64,000 bases of DNA from Bugula neritina (taxonomy: Eukaryota > Animalia > Bryozoa): assembly GCA_964035545.1 (NCBI GenBank), contig OZ037771.1, positions 2,119,628-2,183,627 of the forward strand, in the 5' to 3' direction. Made by a program: the position numbers and the translations under genes. The stretch's first letter is position 1, and each line of letters begins with the position of its first letter. The notes under the pieces were generated by a model. That model saw only the letters and a program-made list of their open reading frames with translations, did not search any database and was not told the origin of the DNA. Below, in pieces: positions 58,850 through 64,000 of the stretch.

Positions 58850-61077
58850 CACTGCGTCTACTTTGCTGTTGAAATAAAAGAAATTACTGTGTGCCTGTCC
58901 AGTTGCCTTTTAAAAGTGGTTTGAAATTTCATGAGAACTGCATATTATATTCTAGGTTTTATTAGTGTGGTATCAAAGTATATTCAGGAAATGGAGAGTA
59001 AAATATCATAAGCAGTCTTTAAATTAAAGTTTATGCAATAATTGAGTGTTATTGATCTTTCTTCACTATGAATAAAAACTAGTTTATTACTATTGATATA
59101 TTTCATTTTAAGAAATGATTAAACTTCTGCTTAATAGTTTGATGACTTTATTTTTCCGATTTATACTTTTCACTAAAATAATTGCCTTGCAGTTAGTTTT
59201 AAGAAAATAATTTAAACCTTCATACTGGTGAAATACAGCCAATTAGAGTTTTTAGAAATATTAAAGTTTCTGTAGTATTTTGTCATATAACTATTTAGTT
59301 TGTGACAGTCTTAAAATCCTAATTAAAATTAGAGAAATGATCATATTATAATACTTGTATGCAGCATCAAATTGTACTACATTATGCTTATTATAATCAT
59401 ATTTTGTGTGTATATATATGAATGTATATATAAATTGTAGCTCAATTAGGCAGGCCGTTCATTTAAATAGTAATGTATGCTTTTAGCCATAAAAAATGCA
59501 AAGTTGGCCATTCTTCATTCAGTTGCTTATATTCTTGTAGAACAATAGCATCTTTCAGTAAAAGTAAAGACAACATTAAACTGAAGGGGTCAGCTATCAG
59601 TGCTATCCTCCATGTAAATTAGTTTATGAACTACTTTAGAAACTTCTAGATCAATATTTCATAACACATCAAGATCTTTGACATTGAAGAGATAAATGGA
59701 TTGTTCTTACTTTACGACACTTGAACACAATACAAAGCGTAAGGTTTAATCAAAAGCTACATAAAATTCATTCATTTATAGCTTCTTGTATGAAAGAAAT
59801 AAAATTTTAAGATGCTGTGCTTGTTGCAAAACTCACACTTTAGGTAAATAATTATTAAAGATAAGAGTCCGATATAGAAAAGTAGCTAAAAAGCAACCAT
59901 TGAAAACTTTTCAACAATTCCATGTTGTTGCCATATAAAAATTTGATGACAAAACTACGTTATATGGAGCAAAAGAATGATTTAATAACTTATATTTTAA
60001 ATGATCAAAACAATATTTTGCAGCACGTTAGTGTTTAAATTAGGTGACATCTCCACTCTTATTAGTTGTTTACATAATTGGGCATATACTATTACAAGAT
60101 AATATAATACGATAAATTTAATATAATATAATATATTATAATTATGTAGTGTTTATTGCTTACAAGTGAAAGCAATAGTCATGCAATATTAAGATTAATT
60201 TGTTATTATGTAATATTTTGCCATAATAATTATCTACTAGTTGCATTGCATAAATTTAATTGCTGTCAAGCAATCAAACTGTGTTTATGAAATGAGCTGT
60301 TTTATAAGTGATGTCAGTTTTAGTTGGTCAGTGTTTGGTGATTGCTGAATATGTAGTCAGTTATAAACAACAAGAGAACCATTTCAGTACTTGTTTAGAA
60401 TTATATGCTAATAGAAACAGTGAAAGTCTTGGTGAAAGGTTGTTATCTCCCCTGTCACAGCTAATTGACTGATTGTCACCACGCAATTACTGTTTAGCAC
60501 CTGATTTACTATCAAGTTATAAGTTGCATCTGAAGTGATTTCTTGTGAAGCTAAGATTACAGAGTTTTAAGACTTATTTTACTTTTTTACACAAACTTTG
60601 AGCGGAATTAAAGCTGTATTTTTTGGCCCCAAAAGTCTTTAAATCAGTTGGCACAAATCCAAAAGGAAATTATTATCAATTTTTTCAATAGCAACATTGT
60701 TTGATTGTTTGCCTTTTAATAAACTTCTTAAAATGTTTCTTATTTAAACTAACAGCAAAGCTGCCTACAAGAATTACTGCAATGCAGATAATGCAAGCTT
60801 AATTTGCTTTTAATCTACACTTTTAATATACAACAAATCTCAAACAGAAAAATTTCAAAATAATAAAACAATTACTAGATTTCACAGAACTTCAATAAGC
60901 AACTTATTTGGTTGCTAAATTACAAATGACAATTGAAAAAAAATTCCTACAATATTCACAAATCATGGTTAGAGAAACCTCACATTCAACAACTATTCTC
61001 ATCATGGCAAACGTTAATTATCTTAACTTTTTTCTTATAAATGACAAAAAGACAACACGAATAAATTAAAAAAGAAC

Positions 61078-63753
61078 TTAAATTCCGAAGACTTCTATTT
61101 CAAACAGGTGCAGATGAGTGTTTGCATTAAACAAGATCTGAACAAATCTTCCCCTGATTGGTTGTCCACATGTGATGAGAGTATAAAATTTGTTCAGAAT
61201 TCCATCGTAGTAGTTACAGAGAACTTCTGAGTTGGATCCGTTGTACTCGACATTTTCCTCTCTCATGGCCACTGTAACCTCAGCATTCTTAGATCTCTCC
61301 CATATTTCATAAGGGGGCTAAAATATTAAAACAGCTAAATATTGTGCTTATACTGTAACCTCTGCATTATTATATATTTTTCAAAATATTGTTTTCTATA
61401 AGTTTAACCCTTTGCAATATAATTATTCAGGTTGTTGAAATTACTCCTTACAAAACTTCCAAATATATTTGACGAAATATCAAATTAAATTATAATATTT
61501 TTTTCAGGAATTTGATTACTTATTTAGGCAACTCAATATGCCGCAAATGATAAAATATAAAGACAAAAATACATAGTTCAGTAAATCTGATAACTATACC
61601 TATATGCAATTAAAACATTCCAAAAATAATTTTATATTTCCATTATGCAGTTTATCAAAGCAGACAGCCTTGGCATACAAATCATTGGTTTTAATAGGTT
61701 TTGTTATAAACTATAATATTAGTTTTAAAATTACTATGAAGTTGTCTTTATACCTTCACGATTTTCATTCTAAAATGTTTGAAGTTTATGAAATAAATTA
61801 CTACCTTATGAAATTAGTGTATACATATTATATCATGGGTCATATATTAGGTCACAATTCATGCATTAGGGCAAAAAAAAGAAAGCGCTTTAGCAAGTGT
61901 TGAAATTCTAAAAAAAAAACATGCAGCAGAGCATAAACTAAAGTTGTGAGTTAGAGTATTACTTCGATTCTGTTCAAGATATTCACAGCCCAAACGCAGT
62001 GATCTTCTTGCAAGTCAACTCTCCACCATGGCCTGTATTCCATCTCAGTGTGTACCAGTGAGGCACGAAGATCACTAGGGTTGTAATAAATCCCATCATT
62101 TCCATGAGACGCTTTGTACAATGCTCTATTGTAATATGAAGATTGAGTGGCTGGTTTATCTATAAATAAAACATAATGGTTGTTTTAAACTCTAAAGTCT
62201 AAGGTATGTTTTGTCAACTTACAGTACTGCTTGTTGTATCAACCAATAGTATGCTAGCAATTTGAGAGTTTAATTACTGAAAAGTAATGAAATTATTTTA
62301 GAAAACAATCATCATGCAAATAATAGACTCCAAGAAAGCTTATATAATATAGGAAGTCAGTTATGTGCAATACCATATGCTAGACTTATTATCTATATGA
62401 CTCAACAATTCATTGGCTGCATTAATAAACTGCGCAGTTAGTATATGGCATGAAAAGCTGCGCTGTTTTCTTTGAATACAGAAACTAAGTTCAAATGCTC
62501 TATAAATTTGCTTTGTTAAAAACATTGATTTTCCAATAACATAAAATATATCACCTATCTGTTGACTTTACTGTTTGAAATAAACATTTTATTCCTGCAA
62601 ATTATAAGCGAAGTTCTGTTCTATAAAAACCATAATTATCATTGGCTAGAAGTTAAATAGGTGGTTAGAGGATTGCACAGTGTCAGCTATTGAAGTCATA
62701 TAGCAAGTGTTTGGTTTTCAGGGCATTAATTCATTTGGAGTTGTCTTCTGTTACTTGTTGTGGTTCTATATTAGCCTTGACACTGACTAGCAAGTGATCA
62801 AACAATGAAAACATACAGTGAGAGTATCACGAAAGCATAAAGAAAGTATAATGGGAACATGGTAAGAGTAGTAGCTATGTGTGATGCATCTTTGTGTTGT
62901 GTTTATGCTTCTTACTTTATAGAGTGTATGCAGAACTTAAAGGTGCACTTTAATAACCACAATTGTGTGAGATAACTTATAAGTCACTTTTTAGAGTCTT
63001 TCAAACCTGCACATACCTCTATAATGCATCAATGCACCATGAGGCCGCCATCAACAATATATTGTATCATAATTTTGTATATCAACACATTAATTAGTAT
63101 ATTCACCTCTAGCTAGCAGTTTGTTCAAGCTTTTCCTAAGGTCATCTTTGACATAGACATCGAGGCCTGTCTGCTGATACTCGGTGAGCAAGTCAGGGTT
63201 GAGGCACGTTTCAAATGAACACTTAATTTCTGTCTGTATATGAAACTGAACTCCATGGCACCTTTCATTGGTGAGACATTCATAGGTACAAAGCATGGTG
63301 GAGCTATAACTCTTGGAGTTGCTTACCCCAAAGCGAGGCTCTTGGATTAAAGGAGAAGTCATTCTTGTAAACCCAGAAGTTTCAGTCGACTCAACAGCAT
63401 AAAGGACACAGGCAGCCAAAAATACTAAACATAAAATAAATCATATATTGTGAAAGTTTTCTTTCGGTGACCTAATCGAAATGCTTCTATTTGAAAAAAG
63501 AATTGAGGAAAGGGTCAATGCTCATTGTATACCACATTTAGACAAGTCAAAAATGATTTTAAAATATACAAGCCTCAAAAGAAAATGAAACTTAAAAATC
63601 TGGTGGAATTTAAAGGCAGCAAGCATAATTTGATATAAAAATGGGTCAAACTTTTTATGGCAGGTATTTATACTTAAAAGCGTTCTCTAATTTATGAATG
63701 AACTTAAGATATACGTACATTAAGTTTTTATACTTACCTTTGAAAATAATCAT
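61078..63753 (-). CDS. Secreted PAN/apple + F-type lectin (fucolectin-like) protein, paralogue B (4 exons)
   Basis: Exons 63753-63738 (MIIFK), 63424-63107 (CTYECLTNERCHGVQF...C), 62159-61963 (KPATQSS...GNDG...VHT...PWWRVDL...NR), 61317-61078 (...CGQPIRGRFV...LFEIEVFGI*). Exon structure is the same as paralogue A. Confidence 0.88.
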
Positions 63754-64000
63754 CTTAAATATCTTATATCGGCAAATATAGTCACTTTAAATATTAAGTT
63801 CAATTTCTTGATTTACAGCTTTCTAGTTACAGTCAACACGCAGCTAGTGTAGACAAGTGAGTGAGTGAGTGCTAGTTAACTTGGTAAATCTAATATTTTT
63901 AATAATATTGTTCATCATACAAAATCTTTCTTTTAAATATTGACCTTCCAAAGTTCGAATCTACAACAGAAACAATCTTTTATATGCAATTAAAGAAACA

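Overview
AT-rich, intron-dense animal (invertebrate-type) genomic DNA, not prokaryotic. Most entries in the supplied ORF track are single exons or repeat artefacts. Manual splicing gives 10 protein-coding genes. (1) A secreted signal peptide-PAN-like-Thr-rich stalk-EGF-CUB protein (+). (2) A single-domain Kazal inhibitor (+). (3) LCMT1 (-), head-to-head with (4) PGM2 (+). (5) DPY30 (-), head-to-head with (6) calpain-5 (+). (7) IDH3B (+). (8) An unnamed type I receptor: degenerate F-type lectin, 4xFN3, sushi, TM, and a Tyr-motif tail ending in a WH2-like motif (+). (9,10) Two tandem secreted PAN + F-type lectin paralogues (-) converging on the receptor. The window also has a tRNA-derived SINE family, a LINE 3' fragment, a small MITE-like element and many microsatellites. 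The most notable observations are the F-type lectin cluster (a candidate soluble-lectin/receptor recognition system with a splice junction inside the sugar-binding loop), 6-bp-periodic arrays in the first introns of all five housekeeping genes, candidate microexons in IDH3B, three GC-AG introns, and a Gly->Trp change in the conserved IDH3 GDGxGPE motif. All gene models were built by eye; no transcript data or database searches were used.
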